Positions 1 through 10,715 of a DNA stretch of 64,000 nucleotides are shown piece after piece. Location: assembly GCA_963845755.1 (NCBI GenBank), contig CAWJTV010000027.1, forward strand, positions 64,001 to 128,000, in the 5' to 3' direction. The notes under the pieces are model-generated. The model had not been told where the DNA came from. It ran no database searches and saw only the letters and a list, made by a program, of their open reading frames with translations. Positions within the stretch are counted from its first letter, which is position 1, and the number at the start of each line of letters is the position of its first letter. The DNA comes from an uncultured Planctomycetota bacterium (GTDB lineage: Bacteria > Planctomycetota > Planctomycetia > Isosphaerales > Isosphaeraceae). Made by a program: the position numbers and the translations under genes.

Positions 1-556
1 GGGCGACTGGATCGCGACGCTCGACGCCGACTTGCAGAACGACCCGGCCGACCTGGTGCGGCTCTGGGAGGCCCTGCCCGGCCACGACGCCGTTCTGGGC
101 TGGCGGGTGAAGCGCCATGATGTCTGGTCCAGGCGGATGATCAGCCGATGGGCGAACCGGGTGCGCAACGGATTGTTGGGCCAGTCGATCCGCGACACGG
201 GCTGTTCGGTCCGGATCTTCCCCCGTGCGGTGGCGTTGCGGCTGCCGGGGTTCCGGGGCGTCCATCGGTTCTTCGGTCCGCTGTTGTTGCGGGAGGGATG
301 CCGGCTGGTCCAGGTGCCGGTCGGCCACCGGTCCCGTCCGCACGGCCGGTCGCACTACAACCTGTGGAACCGGTCGATCCAGGTGGTCGTGGACTTGCTC
401 GGGGTCGTCTGGCTGTTGCGCCGGCCATTGCGGTATCAGGTGGTCCAGGCATGGGATGCCCATAAGGCGGATGCCACCCCGACAGAAGAGGGACAGGCAC
501 CTCCAAGACGCGGAGGCAGTCCCCCTTTTGTCGGGGCCTGTTACCCGGAGGACTGA
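1..556 (+). CDS. Glycosyltransferase family 2 (polyprenol-phosphate glycosyltransferase/ArnC-like), 5' end outside the window
   Basis: Frame opens before base 1. It shows the DADLQNDP DxD motif, then 'VLGWRVKRHD', 'DTGCS' and 'HRFFGPLL', and is followed by a LAB_N gene. Confidence 0.85.
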   Translation, partial: GDWIATLDADLQNDPADLVRLWEALPGHDAVLGWRVKRHDVWSRRMISRWANRVRNGLLGQSIRDTGCSVRIFPRAVALRLPGFRGVHRFFGPLLLREGCRLVQVPVGHRSRPHGRSHYNLWNRSIQVVVDLLGVVWLLRRPLRYQVVQAWDAHKADATPTEEGQAPPRRGGSPPFVGACYPED

Positions 557-559
557 CAC

Positions 560-844
560 GTGTCGTATCCGGCGTTCTGGCTGACGATCGGCTTTCTGGG
601 TCAGGGTTTTTTCACGGCGCGGTTCCTGGTCCAGTGGATCGTCTCAGAGAAACAGCGCGATGCGGTGGTGCCCGTGGCGTTCTGGTGGCTGAGCCTGCTG
701 GGCGGCGCGGCACTGTTGTCCTACGCGATCTCCCGACGCGACCCGGTGATCATCGTCGGTCAGTCGATGGGGATGTTCATCTACGTGCGGAACTTGATGC
801 TGATCGACAAGGCGCGGCGTCGGGAGACGGCTAATGGCGCGTAA
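560..844 (+). CDS. Lipid-A-disaccharide synthase N-terminal (LAB_N) domain membrane protein
   Basis: 'GFLGQGFFTARFLVQWIVSEK...VVPVAFWWLSLLGGAALLSYAI...DPVIIVGQ...IYVRNL' is the LAB_N signature. Confidence 0.88.
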   Translation: MSYPAFWLTIGFLGQGFFTARFLVQWIVSEKQRDAVVPVAFWWLSLLGGAALLSYAISRRDPVIIVGQSMGMFIYVRNLMLIDKARRRETANGA

Positions 845-1836
845 ACGGAGTCGCGGAACGGCCGGCCGGGCGAGAGTGCCAGGGGAACGCGCGACCGATT
901 ATGATAGCCCATGGAAGGAGGCGCTGGATCGATACTTCGAGCAGTGCATGGCCTTCTTCTTTCCGCAGGCCCACGCCGAGATCGACTGGACTCGCGGATA
1001 CGAGATGCTGGACAAGGAGCTGCAACCGATCGTGCGCCAGTCGAAACAGGGCCGGCGCTGACGTCGACAAGCTGGTCAAGGTGTGGCTCAGGAGTGGAGA
1101 GGAACGGTGGTTGCTGATCCATGTGGAGGTGCAGACCTGGAAGGAGGGCGACTTTCCCAGGCGGATGCACGTCTACAACCACCGCATCTTCGACCGTTAT
1201 GATCGCGAGGTGATCAGTCTGGCGATCCTGGCCGACGATGATCCCGACTGGCGGCCGAACCAGTTCGGGTACAGCCGCTGGGGCTTCCGCACCGGCACGG
1301 AGTTTCCGATTGTCAAGCTCCTGGACTACGCGCCTCGCTGGCAGGTGCTGGAGGCCGATCCGAACCCGTTCGCGATGGTGGTGCTGGCCCACCTCAAGAC
1401 CCTCGAGACGCGGCGGTCAACAGCCGACCGACATGCCTGGAAACTGCGGCTGGTCAAGGGGCTGTACGAGCGCGGGATGAATCCGGAGGACGTGCGGCAG
1501 GTGTTCCGATTCATCGACTGGATCATGGATCTGCCCGAGGGTCGGGAACAGAATTTTTGGCAAGAATTCACTGCGTACCAACTGGAGAAGCAGATGCCGT
1601 TCATTACAATTGCGGACCGCGTCGCCATGGAGCACTGTCTGCTTAGAGGCATTGAAGTCTGCTTGCAAATGAAGTTCGGTGACGAAGGTCTGAACCTGAT
1701 GCCAGAGCTCCGTGACCTCCGCGACCACGAACTCCTTGATGTCGTTCTTGAGGCGATTCCGGGTGCGGCCAGCCCGGACGACCTGCGCCGGATGTGGACG
1801 CGGAAGCGCCGGTCGAGGAGAAAGGGGCAGGCGTGA
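834..1836 (+). CDS. Rpn/Transposase_31-like PD-(D/E)XK nuclease family protein (one frameshift near 1055-1060)
   Basis: ORF 834-1061 'YDSPWKEAL...FFFP...IDW...LDKEL' joins ORF 901-1836 'VDKLVKV...LIHVEVQ...FPRRMHVYNHRIFDRY...NPFAMVVLAHL'. Confidence 0.75.
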
Positions 1837-2108
1837 TCACGACGGACGCGTCCTCGATGACCAGGGCCTATCGAACGCGGCGGTCCGGATGCGGTTCCGG
1901 GTAACGATCGGCATTCCGGTTCAGGAGCCGTTCACAGCGTGGCTCCTGGTTCCGTGGATGATCTCCGTGAAGTCCGGAACGTCGTGTCCACCCGATGGAA
2001 CCTCGCATCGGCTCCGAATAAAATCGGTGAAAGGCTGCGGATGCTGCGTGGATAACCCTCTCGGGAGGGCGGTGTCGTGGAGGAGCAGCTCGAGAGGCGA
2101 CCGTGGCA

Positions 2109-2819
2109 TGACGCACCTGCTCGACCTCAAGCTGCGCGGGGCCCGGGTCGAGGAGCTGACCCCGATCGCTCATCTGACCGGCCTGAGTAACCTGGAGCTC
2201 CAGGGCACCCGGATCACGGATGCCGGACTGGCTCCGGTCGCCGGGTTCACCGGGCTGAAGAGTTTGAACCTCGGGCACACGCCGATCACGGATGCCGGCC
2301 TGAAACATCTTCGGAACCTGACGCGATTGAATCACCTCGACCTGGAAGGAACGCACATCACCGATGCCGGGCTATCCAGGCTGGCCGGCGTAACATCGTT
2401 GATGGTCCTCTACCTCAAATAACACGGGGGTCACGGATCGCGGCCTGGCGCACCTGGATGGCCTCGTCTCGTTGACAAGGCTCGGCCTGGCCTCCACGAA
2501 GGTCACGGACGCGGGCCTGGTAGACCTCGCCAAGACCCCGTCGCTGGCCCACGTGAACCTCTACAAGACAGATGTGACCGATACCGGCCTGAAACATCTC
2601 GCTGGCCTCCGGTCCCTGGCGACGTTGAACATCGCCGAGACGCGGGTCACCGACGCCGGCTTGCGGCAACTGGTCCAGATGAAACACCTGACCGGGCTGG
2701 TCATCGATGGGAACCAGGCGACGACGCCCGCAATCAGAGCGCTGCGGAAATCCCGGCCTCAGTTGCAAATTCATCTCTTGCAAGATGGCGAGCCGGAGTG
2801 GCTCCGGCTCCATCCTTGA
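2109..2819 (+). pseudogene. Leucine-rich-repeat protein, N-terminally degenerate, frameshift near 2420
   Basis: Repeated 24-aa 'LxxLxLxxTxITDAGLxHL' units span ORFs 1712-2422 and 2472-2819. The upstream part (1835-2100) looks eroded, with a 'GRVLDDQG' remnant. Confidence 0.7.
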
Positions 2820-2865
2820 GCCGCGACAACGCAGATCGTCCCGCGCGTACAGGGTGGCCAGGGCA

Positions 2866-3660
2866 TCAAGGAACCAACCCCAGCAGCCGCTCGACAGCCA
2901 GCCCGATGTCGGCTGAGCGCATCAAGGTCTCGCCGACGAGGATGGCCGAGATGCCGGCGGCTTCGAGGCGCTCGACGTCGGCCCGCGTGCGGATGCCGCT
3001 CTCGCTGACCAGGACGACCTCGGGCGGGATCCGGTCGCGGAGCCGCAGGGTGTGGTCCAGGTCGGTGGCAAACGACTTCAAGTCGCGGTTGTTGATCCCG
3101 ACCAGGTCGGCGCCGGAGGCCAGGACGCGGGGCAGGTTGGCCGGGTCGTGGAATTCGACCAGGGCCGCCATCCCCAGGCGCCGGGCCTGTTCCCGCAAGC
3201 GAACCAGTTGCGCGTCGTCGAGGATTTCGGCGATCAGGAGGATGGCGTCGGCGCCGGCCAGCCGCGCCTCGACCACCTGGTAATCGTCGATCATGAAATC
3301 CTTGCGCAAGAGCGGGATCGCGACCGAGGCCCGGACCCGCGCCAGGTGCGCCAGATGTCCCTGGAAATACGGCGCGTCGGTCAGTATGCTTATGCACGCG
3401 GCGCCGCGCTCCTGGTAGATCCGCGCGATGGCCACCGGGTCGAAATCGGCCCGGATGACCTGGGCCGAGGGACTGGCCTTCTTCACCTCGGCAATCAATT
3501 GGATCGGGCCGGGACCCTCCAGCGCCGCGCGGAAGTCACGGACCGGTGGGGCCGTTGCGGCTTGCGCCTCGAGCTCCTCCAGCGGGAATCGCCGTCGCGC
3601 CGTGGCCACTTCCTGACGCTTGGACGCCACGATTTCATCCAGGATGGACTTCATCATCAC
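2866..3660 (-). CDS. trpC: Indole-3-glycerol-phosphate synthase
   Basis: Motifs 'LIAEVKKASPS', 'SILTD..YFQG', 'LLRKDF', 'GINNRDL' and 'VSESGI'. Confidence 0.97.
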   Translation of the reverse strand: MMMKSILDEIVASKRQEVATARRRFPLEELEAQAATAPPVRDFRAALEGPGPIQLIAEVKKASPSAQVIRADFDPVAIARIYQERGAACISILTDAPYFQGHLAHLARVRASVAIPLLRKDFMIDDYQVVEARLAGADAILLIAEILDDAQLVRLREQARRLGMAALVEFHDPANLPRVLASGADLVGINNRDLKSFATDLDHTLRLRDRIPPEVVLVSESGIRTRADVERLEAAGISAILVGETLMRSADIGLAVERLLGLVP

Positions 3661-4188
3661 GTGTCTCGATCAATCCAACCAGTCGGCCGTCGGCCGCCCC
3701 CGAAGACGGACACCACCATCGGGGAACTCGCCCAATCCCACGGGACTACTCTATCAGGTCCGGCACGCCGGGCGGAGAGGGTTGCCCGGCGTGCCGATCG
3801 TGCGACGGGCGTGTCCTGGGTAGGTTCGGGAAATCGATGGGGAGGCGCGCGTTGTGCGGGCGTGGGCGCCGTCCGTCCCCGATTTTCCGGCACAAATGGA
3901 TTTGCGTATGACGGACGATACGTTATAGCAATACCATTGTCGATAAACTTGCGCACGCGCGGAATGGCTGTGTTACTCCATCCATCGCATCTTCTGCGAG
4001 GACAATTAGCGGCGAGCGGGACGAAGAGCGGAGCGACTCTTGCGCGGGTCGGCTCTCGCGTTGGATCGTAACAGGAAGGCTCGACGGTTGGCGTATGGCA
4101 TTGACATGGTGAACGCGGAAGGGCTGATGAGGCCCCGCATGGCATTGAGGCCCGGCGGAATCGGCGACAAGGAGGAAGGGGGCTCCCG

Positions 4189-5586
4189 ATGGCGACAACT
4201 ACACGATGTCCCAACACGTCCTGCGGCTGCGTCTCGCAACTCGTCGACGATCCGCTGGGCCGGATTTTCCGATGTCCTCGCTGCCTGACGAAACTGCCGA
4301 CCGCACCCGCGGCCGCGGCGGACTCGGGCTGGACGGCGATCATCCGGCCGTCGTTGCGTCCCGGCGCCGGCTCGCGGGATGGCAACTTCCGGACGAGCCG
4401 GGCCATCGCCCGGGGCCGGATGATCCCGGCCGCAGTGGGGGCCGGCTTCGGCGGCTGGGACGACGATCGCTCGGGGTTGGAGAGTGATGAGATACGGATC
4501 GGCGCGCTCGGCCTCGAGGAGGAGAGCGCGTATGGACTCGGGTCCGATCCCGATCTCGGGTTCGACGAGAGCGGTGAGGTGGTCGTGGAGCCGTTCTCGC
4601 GCTCCGGGAGCCTGGTCTCGGCGTGGAGCGGCGCATCGCGGGTCCTTCGGTCCTCGAGAGGCTCGACGATTTTCGGTTCCGGCTCTGCGTCGGCGGCGAG
4701 TGCGTCGGGGGGGATCGGATCGGACGAGGGGCAGCAGTTCGGGCGGTTCCGGGTCCTGGGCGTCCTGGGCGAGGGCCAGCACGCCACGGTCTACCGCGCC
4801 TACGACGCGATCCTCGACCGGGACGTGGCGCTGAAGGTGCCGCGCCAGGGGGTGCTCAGGACGGCCAAGTCGCTCGAGCGGTTCCTGGGCGAGGCCCGGG
4901 CCCAGGCGCGGCTGAGGCATCCCCGGATCGTGCCGGTCTACGAGGCGGGCCGGGCCGGCGATCGGCACTACATCGCCATGGCCCTGATCGAGGGCCAAAG
5001 CCTGTCCGAGCGCCTGGCGGAAGATTCGTTGCCGTTCCGTCGCGCGGCGGAGATCGTCGTCGAATTGGCCGAGGCGCTGGCCTATGCCCACGCCCAGGGG
5101 ATCGTGCATCGGGATGTCAAGCCGGCCAACGTCCGTCTCGACGCCAGCGGTGACGTCTACCTGATGGATTTCGGCATCGCCTATCGCCCCGACTCCGACG
5201 AGGTCCCGGTCCCGCCGGGCACCATCCTCGGCACCCCCGCCTACATCGCCCCCGAGCAGGCGCAAGCGGGGCGTGTCGATGTCCTGCCGGCGAGCGATCA
5301 GTACAGCCTCGGTGTCGTCTTCTATGAGCTGATCTGCGGCCGGCCGCCCTTCGTCGGTCCCCCGTCGTATGTCCTGTTCCACGCGATCCATCACGACCCG
5401 CCCTCACCCCGCTCCGTCGCCCCCAAGATCCCGCGAACCCTGGCCGCCATCTGCGTGAAGGCCCTGGCCAAGCGACCCGACCGCCGCTACTCCGATTGTC
5501 AGCAGTTCGCCGACGATCTCAAGCGATGGCTCCGCCGGGAGACCCCCCTGGTCTGCCGACGAAGCTGGTCGCGGATCGGGCGATGA
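4189..5586 (+). CDS. Ser/Thr protein kinase with N-terminal zinc ribbon
   Basis: CPxxxC...CPxC at the N-terminus and a Ser/Gly-rich linker. Kinase motifs VALK, HRDVKPAN, DFG, GTPAYIAPEQ and DQYSLG. Confidence 0.92.
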   Translation: MATTTRCPNTSCGCVSQLVDDPLGRIFRCPRCLTKLPTAPAAAADSGWTAIIRPSLRPGAGSRDGNFRTSRAIARGRMIPAAVGAGFGGWDDDRSGLESDEIRIGALGLEEESAYGLGSDPDLGFDESGEVVVEPFSRSGSLVSAWSGASRVLRSSRGSTIFGSGSASAASASGGIGSDEGQQFGRFRVLGVLGEGQHATVYRAYDAILDRDVALKVPRQGVLRTAKSLERFLGEARAQARLRHPRIVPVYEAGRAGDRHYIAMALIEGQSLSERLAEDSLPFRRAAEIVVELAEALAYAHAQGIVHRDVKPANVRLDASGDVYLMDFGIAYRPDSDEVPVPPGTILGTPAYIAPEQAQAGRVDVLPASDQYSLGVVFYELICGRPPFVGPPSYVLFHAIHHDPPSPRSVAPKIPRTLAAICVKALAKRPDRRYSDCQQFADDLKRWLRRETPLVCRRSWSRIGR

Positions 5587-5655
5587 GTCGAACGGTGGAG
5601 GGACGCCGCCGGCCGGACTTCGAGGTCTCCGCGTGCCCTGCCGAGTACGGTGCGA

Positions 5656-6898
5656 TCAGGGTCTCGCCCGGATGTTCCGCGGGATCGTGTGGAGCGTGAT
5701 CGCCGTGTGGGCGATATCCGCAGCCTGCCCTTGGGGCATGTGGCAGGCGGTGCAGTCGTCGTCGGGCCGCCGGGCCAGTCGCTGGGCGCGGGGCAAGGTG
5801 CAGCCGTGCTCGGCGTGACACTCCAGGCATCGGCCTCGATAATAGGCGACGCGTTCCCCGGCATCCGGAAGCCGGTGCGGGTCGTGGCAGGAGATGCACC
5901 CCAGCTCGCCCCCGCTCTCTCGGTAGCAACGGCTCAGGTGCATCTGCTTGACGTGCCCGACCGCCTGACGCGAGGGAATCGGATCGCCCCGCGCCTCGGG
6001 TACCCGCACGAACCGGTCGAACGGGAGCCCAGGGCGGTAGTCGAATGCGGTTTGGCCGGGCTGGTCCTGTCGCTTCGTCCCCTGCAAATGGCATTGCTCG
6101 CAGACCGACTCGCGCAGGGAGCGCGGCTCCAGATCGGCGGGATTGACGATCGTCCAGTCTCGGCCCTGAACCACCTCCGGCCGACGGGCGTGTAACTCGC
6201 CCGGCCCGTGGCAACGCTCGCAGCCGATCGACAGGCCATGGAACACCGGCGGCCGTCCCTCGTTCATGTCGAATCGATTGGCGTGGCAGAAGAGGCAGCC
6301 CGCGATGATCGGCCGGTCGAAATGGACGTTCATGATCTCATAACGAGGCGAAAGCGCCCAGCGTCGTTCCTGGGCGTACCAGGAGATCGGCGATTGGTAG
6401 AGGCCATCCTTTTTTCCAACCAGGAAGGCCAGCCCGCGTCGTCCCGAGCCGAGTACGTAACGGACTTCCTCCTGGCTCGCGGCGATCGTCCGCCCCTTGT
6501 CATCGTGCTTCTCCTCCCGATGGAACATGTGCCCATCCCGCCGCAGGACGGAATAGACCAGGTCGGCGACCTGGAAGACCACCCCATTGGCCGCGACCTT
6601 GGACTCGGCCGGGGACGACATCGACTGCCCCATCGGGTGCTGGCGATAAGTCCGCGCGATCTCGCCATGACAGCGCGCAAACCTCGTCACCGACATAGGC
6701 CACGCCCGGGATCGTATTCCGATAGGGACTGGAAAGGGGGAGATCCCCGGGCGGCATCTCAGTCGCGCCCGGCTTCGGGGCCATCCACCGCGCCGCCATG
6801 TCCCAGAGGCAGGCCCCGGCCATGACGACGGCCAGGGCTGTCAGTATCCATCGCCGCGGACCCGTAGGCCGGTTGTCCGGGGCACGCTCGTCATCCAT
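5656..6898 (-). CDS. Membrane-anchored multiheme c-type cytochrome (frameshift near 6680)
   Basis: The N-terminal TM and 'YVGDEVCA' in ORF 6500-7063 join 'RCHGEI...HPMG'. CxxCH motifs are CARCH (restored), CLFCH, CERCH, CEQCH, CISCH, CLECH and CTACH. Confidence 0.85.
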
Positions 6899-6935
6899 TT
6901 CACCCTCTCCGTCATCCGGGAATCCCGACGACCTG

Positions 6936-8027
6936 TCAGAATGATCGGGCCGAGGCGGGGACGGTCCAGATCGGGGGTTTCCCGTCGAGGTGAGGATGAG
7001 GGCCCGACAGGACGGGGGACCGGATTCCCGGCAGGAGCTGGATGTCGAAGATCTCCTCGACACCGGTGTGGAACTCCAGGAGGGCCATCTGGCGGCCGGA
7101 GTTGAGGTCGACGACGGCGACCCCGCACTTGAGCGACTCGCGGTTCTCGGCGATGGGCAGGCCGCCGAAGGTCGAGGTCTCGCGGATCCGCGACAGGCCG
7201 ACGAACGCGAAGGTGGAGAGCATCGCCAGGCCGCGGGTATAGCCGGGGAGCTCGGTGACGGTCGTAACCCGGCCTTGGGCGAGGTCGGCGACGACCAGTT
7301 GGCCGCGGCCGGAATTGAGCAGCCAGGTCCGACCCGCGTGGATGCGGGGCGAGTGCGGCATGGCCAGCCCGCGGACCAAGGTCTCGCCGCTCTCCACGTC
7401 GATCAGGCACCCCGACGTCGCCTTGGACTGCCGCCAGCCCCCCGCATCATTGGTCTCGCCGAGGGCCGTGACCAGCTTGGCGCGCCCCTCGGCGCACGCC
7501 AGGCCATTCAAGTGGCAGCGATCCTCGGCGGCGAGCGCCGAGATGAACTTCGGCTTCCAGCGAGGCACGAAGCTGTGCCGATCATCGAGCGTGGCCAGGC
7601 ACGAGAAGCCCGTGTTGACCACCCAGAGCTCGTCCCCCAACCACGCTAGCTCGTGCGCCTGGATGTCCCCAGTGAAATGCGCCGATTGCGCCAGGAAACA
7701 CGCCTCGTGCTGGCCGGCCGGCTCGATCCGCCGCGCGATCTCGGGGTCGTCCCTCAAGAACCAGATGGCCGCTCGGGCTCCCACCGCCACCCGCCCGGCG
7801 CGCACCGCCATCCCCATGGCCCTCTCGAAGTTGTGGTAGGACAACTCCAATCCATCCGGGCCGACCCCCACGGCAACCACCTTGCCCGCCTGGTACGTCG
7901 AGACCAGCAGCGAGGCACCCAGGTGCTCCAGGATCCGGGGCCAGTTCTGCGTGTACTCATGACGGACTTCGCGCGTGAGAGCGCTCTCCGGCTTGATCCC
8001 ACTCTCCGCCGTTTCGGATCGCTCCAA
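6936..8027 (-). CDS. TIGR03032/DUF4915 family protein (copy 1)
   Basis: 'SLLVSTYQAGK', 'TGDIQAHE', 'VVNTGFSCL', 'EDRCHLNGL', 'MPHSPR', 'PGYTRGL' and 'VGLSRIRE'. Confidence 0.9.
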   Translation of the reverse strand: MERSETAESGIKPESALTREVRHEYTQNWPRILEHLGASLLVSTYQAGKVVAVGVGPDGLELSYHNFERAMGMAVRAGRVAVGARAAIWFLRDDPEIARRIEPAGQHEACFLAQSAHFTGDIQAHELAWLGDELWVVNTGFSCLATLDDRHSFVPRWKPKFISALAAEDRCHLNGLACAEGRAKLVTALGETNDAGGWRQSKATSGCLIDVESGETLVRGLAMPHSPRIHAGRTWLLNSGRGQLVVADLAQGRVTTVTELPGYTRGLAMLSTFAFVGLSRIRETSTFGGLPIAENRESLKCGVAVVDLNSGRQMALLEFHTGVEEIFDIQLLPGIRSPVLSGPHPHLDGKPPIWTVPASARSF

Positions 8028-8282
8028 GACTGTGCCCTCTCGTTATCGGGTGATTCCAGTCGAACGCATCAAGTCGCTTCGCGATGTCGTGCCCTTGAGC
8101 ATCGTAACATCCCGGAGCGGCGAAGACACAAGCAAAATCAGTATCTTGATGAGTCGCGCGAGGTGCAGTACGCTCGTGTCAGCGGCGGCATTGAAGAGGG
8201 TCGCCGTGAGCCACGATCGACCGCACCGCACTGAGTCCCATGAAAACCGATCGGCGGCCGGCCTATTATTCTTCCTTCGCCG

Positions 8283-8690
8283 GTGCTCATCACACCTGTG
8301 GGTACAATAACACTTTGGCGAGTGCTGCCCACATGGAAACAGGCACTGGATGCCCCAGGTGCGGTCCAGATGGGGATCCTCCGGAAGGTCTTCGAGGCGC
8401 GTCCGAAGTGGTGGCACCTGGTGCCGGACCAGAGCATTCTCGCCGGCGGCGGCGAGACCCATGGAACCGTGCTGCATCTGGCCGCGCGGCACAAGGATGG
8501 AAGATGGCTCTTGGTCTATCTGGGCGACAAGGCCACCTTCGCCATCGACCGGAGCAAGTTCACCGGAGGAAGCCACGCCGGCGCATCCTGGATCAACCCA
8601 CGGACGGGTGAATCCCTGCCCATTGGCGAGATTCCGAACACCGGCGTGCAGCGGTTCACGACACCGGAGGCTGGGAAGATGCCCTATTGA
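8283..8690 (+). pseudogene. C-terminal fragment of a DUF4038-type (glycoside hydrolase / putative collagen-binding domain) protein
   Basis: 'WKQALDAPGAVQM...WWHLVPDQS...AARHKDG...VYL...WINPRTG' resembles the C-terminal domain of that family. No N-terminal catalytic domain is present upstream. Confidence 0.55.
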
Positions 8691-9022
8691 TCCTGGAGCC
8701 GCCCGGCGCGAGGGCACGCGTCTCGTCCAGGTCGTAGACGACCGAGACCACAAATCAATCCATCCGAACTTCAGTTTAGGGGTACGTCGGTTAATTCCTT
8801 GAACGCCCTTGATCCTTGAGTTGCGGATCGTCGTGAGATGCGAGCAACCACCTCATCTTGCGAAACATGAGCCGGGGGTCCACTGTGTACAATCTCGCCC
8901 TTCGAGCCGTTAGAATGTCGTGGGGCGTCACATCTCGCTAGTTGAACGCAGCCCGGGACCGCCTTACCACGCCCCGGTACGAGGCGGAGGAATCCGGGCC
9001 AAAACCTGCAAAGGAGTTGGTC

Positions 9023-9257
9023 ATGAATCACGTCTTGCATCCAGGGAAGTCGCTCGATCTACAGCAGGGCGACAAGGACGAGGTCCAGAATCATTTCGAA
9101 ACACGAAGGGGACTACACGATCGCGTTTCACACCCACCCCTTGGTCGTGAAACACACGCTCAAGGCCGGTCACCACGTTGCGATTGTCGTCCCGGACGGC
9201 GGCGTCACGATCGCGAACGACGGGAAGGTCGAACTGACGATCACCACCCCCAAGTGA
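9023..9257 (+). CDS. Small hypothetical beta-rich protein (~78 aa after repairing one frameshift near 9095)
   Basis: AAGGAG RBS precedes ATG 9023. 'MNHVLHPGKSLDLQQGDKDEVQNH' continues in another frame as 'KHEGDYTIAFHTHPLVVKHTLKAGHHVAIVVPDGGVTIANDGKVELTITTPK*'. Confidence 0.45.
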
Positions 9258-9693
9258 TCGCCGTTCGCCGATCTGGAGAGGCGACGCGAGCCACGACCGG
9301 CTGGCCGCGGTGGTGCGGCTGCGTATCGTCGCCGAGTCGTAATTCTTTCAGAATTGCACATGCCGATGGACGACCGGCGTGGTGATGCGGGTGAACCGGC
9401 GGCCGATCGGGGGATTCCTCCCGATCACGAACGCGCGCGACCCCGCCGGTTCGTCGCGAGAGCCGGGACCAGTCCGGAGCATCCGGCCGGCCCTTTTTCC
9501 ATGTCGGCTGCGACGTTGGGGCCGGGAGGAAGACACGGCGGATCGTCCCCAGCGATGGAAGCGATCCGCCGTTTTTCTCGGATCCGTCGATCCGATGATG
9601 AACGGTTGAATTCGGCCCGCAAGATAAGGTTTATCCGTCTCGTTCCCTCGGCCTGTTTGCGTTTGGTTACCTGAGCCCGACATTGGATCTCCC

Positions 9694-10689
9694 ATGGCGG
9701 ACACCCTGCAAACGGTTCAATGGTCCCTCGGTGCCGATGGTCATCGCGGTGGCGGCCTCTGGCTCCCACCGGGGTATCAGCCCATCGAGGACGTCCTCTG
9801 GGAATCGATCCGCGGTTTGGGCCTCGAGCAACGGATGCGGGCCACGTTCGAGATCACCGAACCCCTCTGGTATGGCCTCTGGATCGGCAGCCCCCTGACT
9901 GCCAACCAGTGCTCGCTCCTGCAAGCGGTGTTGACGGAGACGGCTCGGTTGGAGCCGGGCTACGCGAAACATATCCAGGACTTCGTCCGTGCGCTGGCCG
10001 ACTCCGTCGAGACCGGCGAACCGCTCGGCGTGGAACTGGCACCACCCGGGCACATCGATTTCGGCTGGATCACGACGTTCGTCCACTGCCCGCGCTGCAA
10101 GGCCGAGGGTCCCGTGAAACGATGGCAGGAGACCTATTCCCAGGATGTCCTGGAATGTCCCGTCTGCCGTTACTCGTATTCTCCCGCCGCGACGTATTCC
10201 ACCGAACGCGAGCTCTTCGCCGAGACCGTGCAGTGTCCGTCATGCCAGGCCGTGCATCGCGTCCGGGACTTCTCCGATGATGAGATCCAAATCCTGGAAG
10301 ATCGCCATGCGTTCGAAGCCTCCCGCGACGAGTTGAGCTGGCTTCGACGTGTCGAGGAGTTCTATCGGCGCCATCCGGGACTTGAAGGCGAGATCAAGCC
10401 GCATTTCTTGATGGTTCTTGAGTCGCATGAGCCGGGGGTCCGAGAATTGATGATGGCCGGCATCCCGTTCGACGAGATCGAGCTTCCCTCAGATGAAGCG
10501 GGTCGCCTCGATCGTTCACGTGCCTGGTCCGAGGATGATCGGGAAATCATCGATTACTTGCGTCATCATCACTGGTTTTCGCTTCCGGATCGGATGAAGT
10601 ACGTCGAGCAATCGATCGAGGAGTTGGCTTGGCGGCTCTTTCAAGGGTCCGCGGTGAGGTGTTCCCGATGTGGTGGAGAACTCGGCTGA
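9694..10689 (+). CDS. Hypothetical protein with four CxxC pairs (probable Zn-binding)
   Basis: CPRC, CPVC, CPSC and CSRC motifs in a 331-aa ORF with coding-like composition. Confidence 0.7.
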   Translation: MADTLQTVQWSLGADGHRGGGLWLPPGYQPIEDVLWESIRGLGLEQRMRATFEITEPLWYGLWIGSPLTANQCSLLQAVLTETARLEPGYAKHIQDFVRALADSVETGEPLGVELAPPGHIDFGWITTFVHCPRCKAEGPVKRWQETYSQDVLECPVCRYSYSPAATYSTERELFAETVQCPSCQAVHRVRDFSDDEIQILEDRHAFEASRDELSWLRRVEEFYRRHPGLEGEIKPHFLMVLESHEPGVRELMMAGIPFDEIELPSDEAGRLDRSRAWSEDDREIIDYLRHHHWFSLPDRMKYVEQSIEELAWRLFQGSAVRCSRCGGELG

Positions 10690-10715
10690 CCTCGAAATGG
10701 TCGATACGGGCGCGT

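Noticed and set aside
488..527. Imperfect hairpin GGGACAGGCACCTCC...GGAGGCAGTCCC in the glycosyltransferase tail
   Set aside because: Possibly a REP-like insertion, but it is a single imperfect copy in this window and cannot be supported.
834..1836. IS element with programmed frameshift
   Set aside because: No terminal inverted repeats, target duplication or slippery heptamer were seen. The break matches the window-wide indel pattern.
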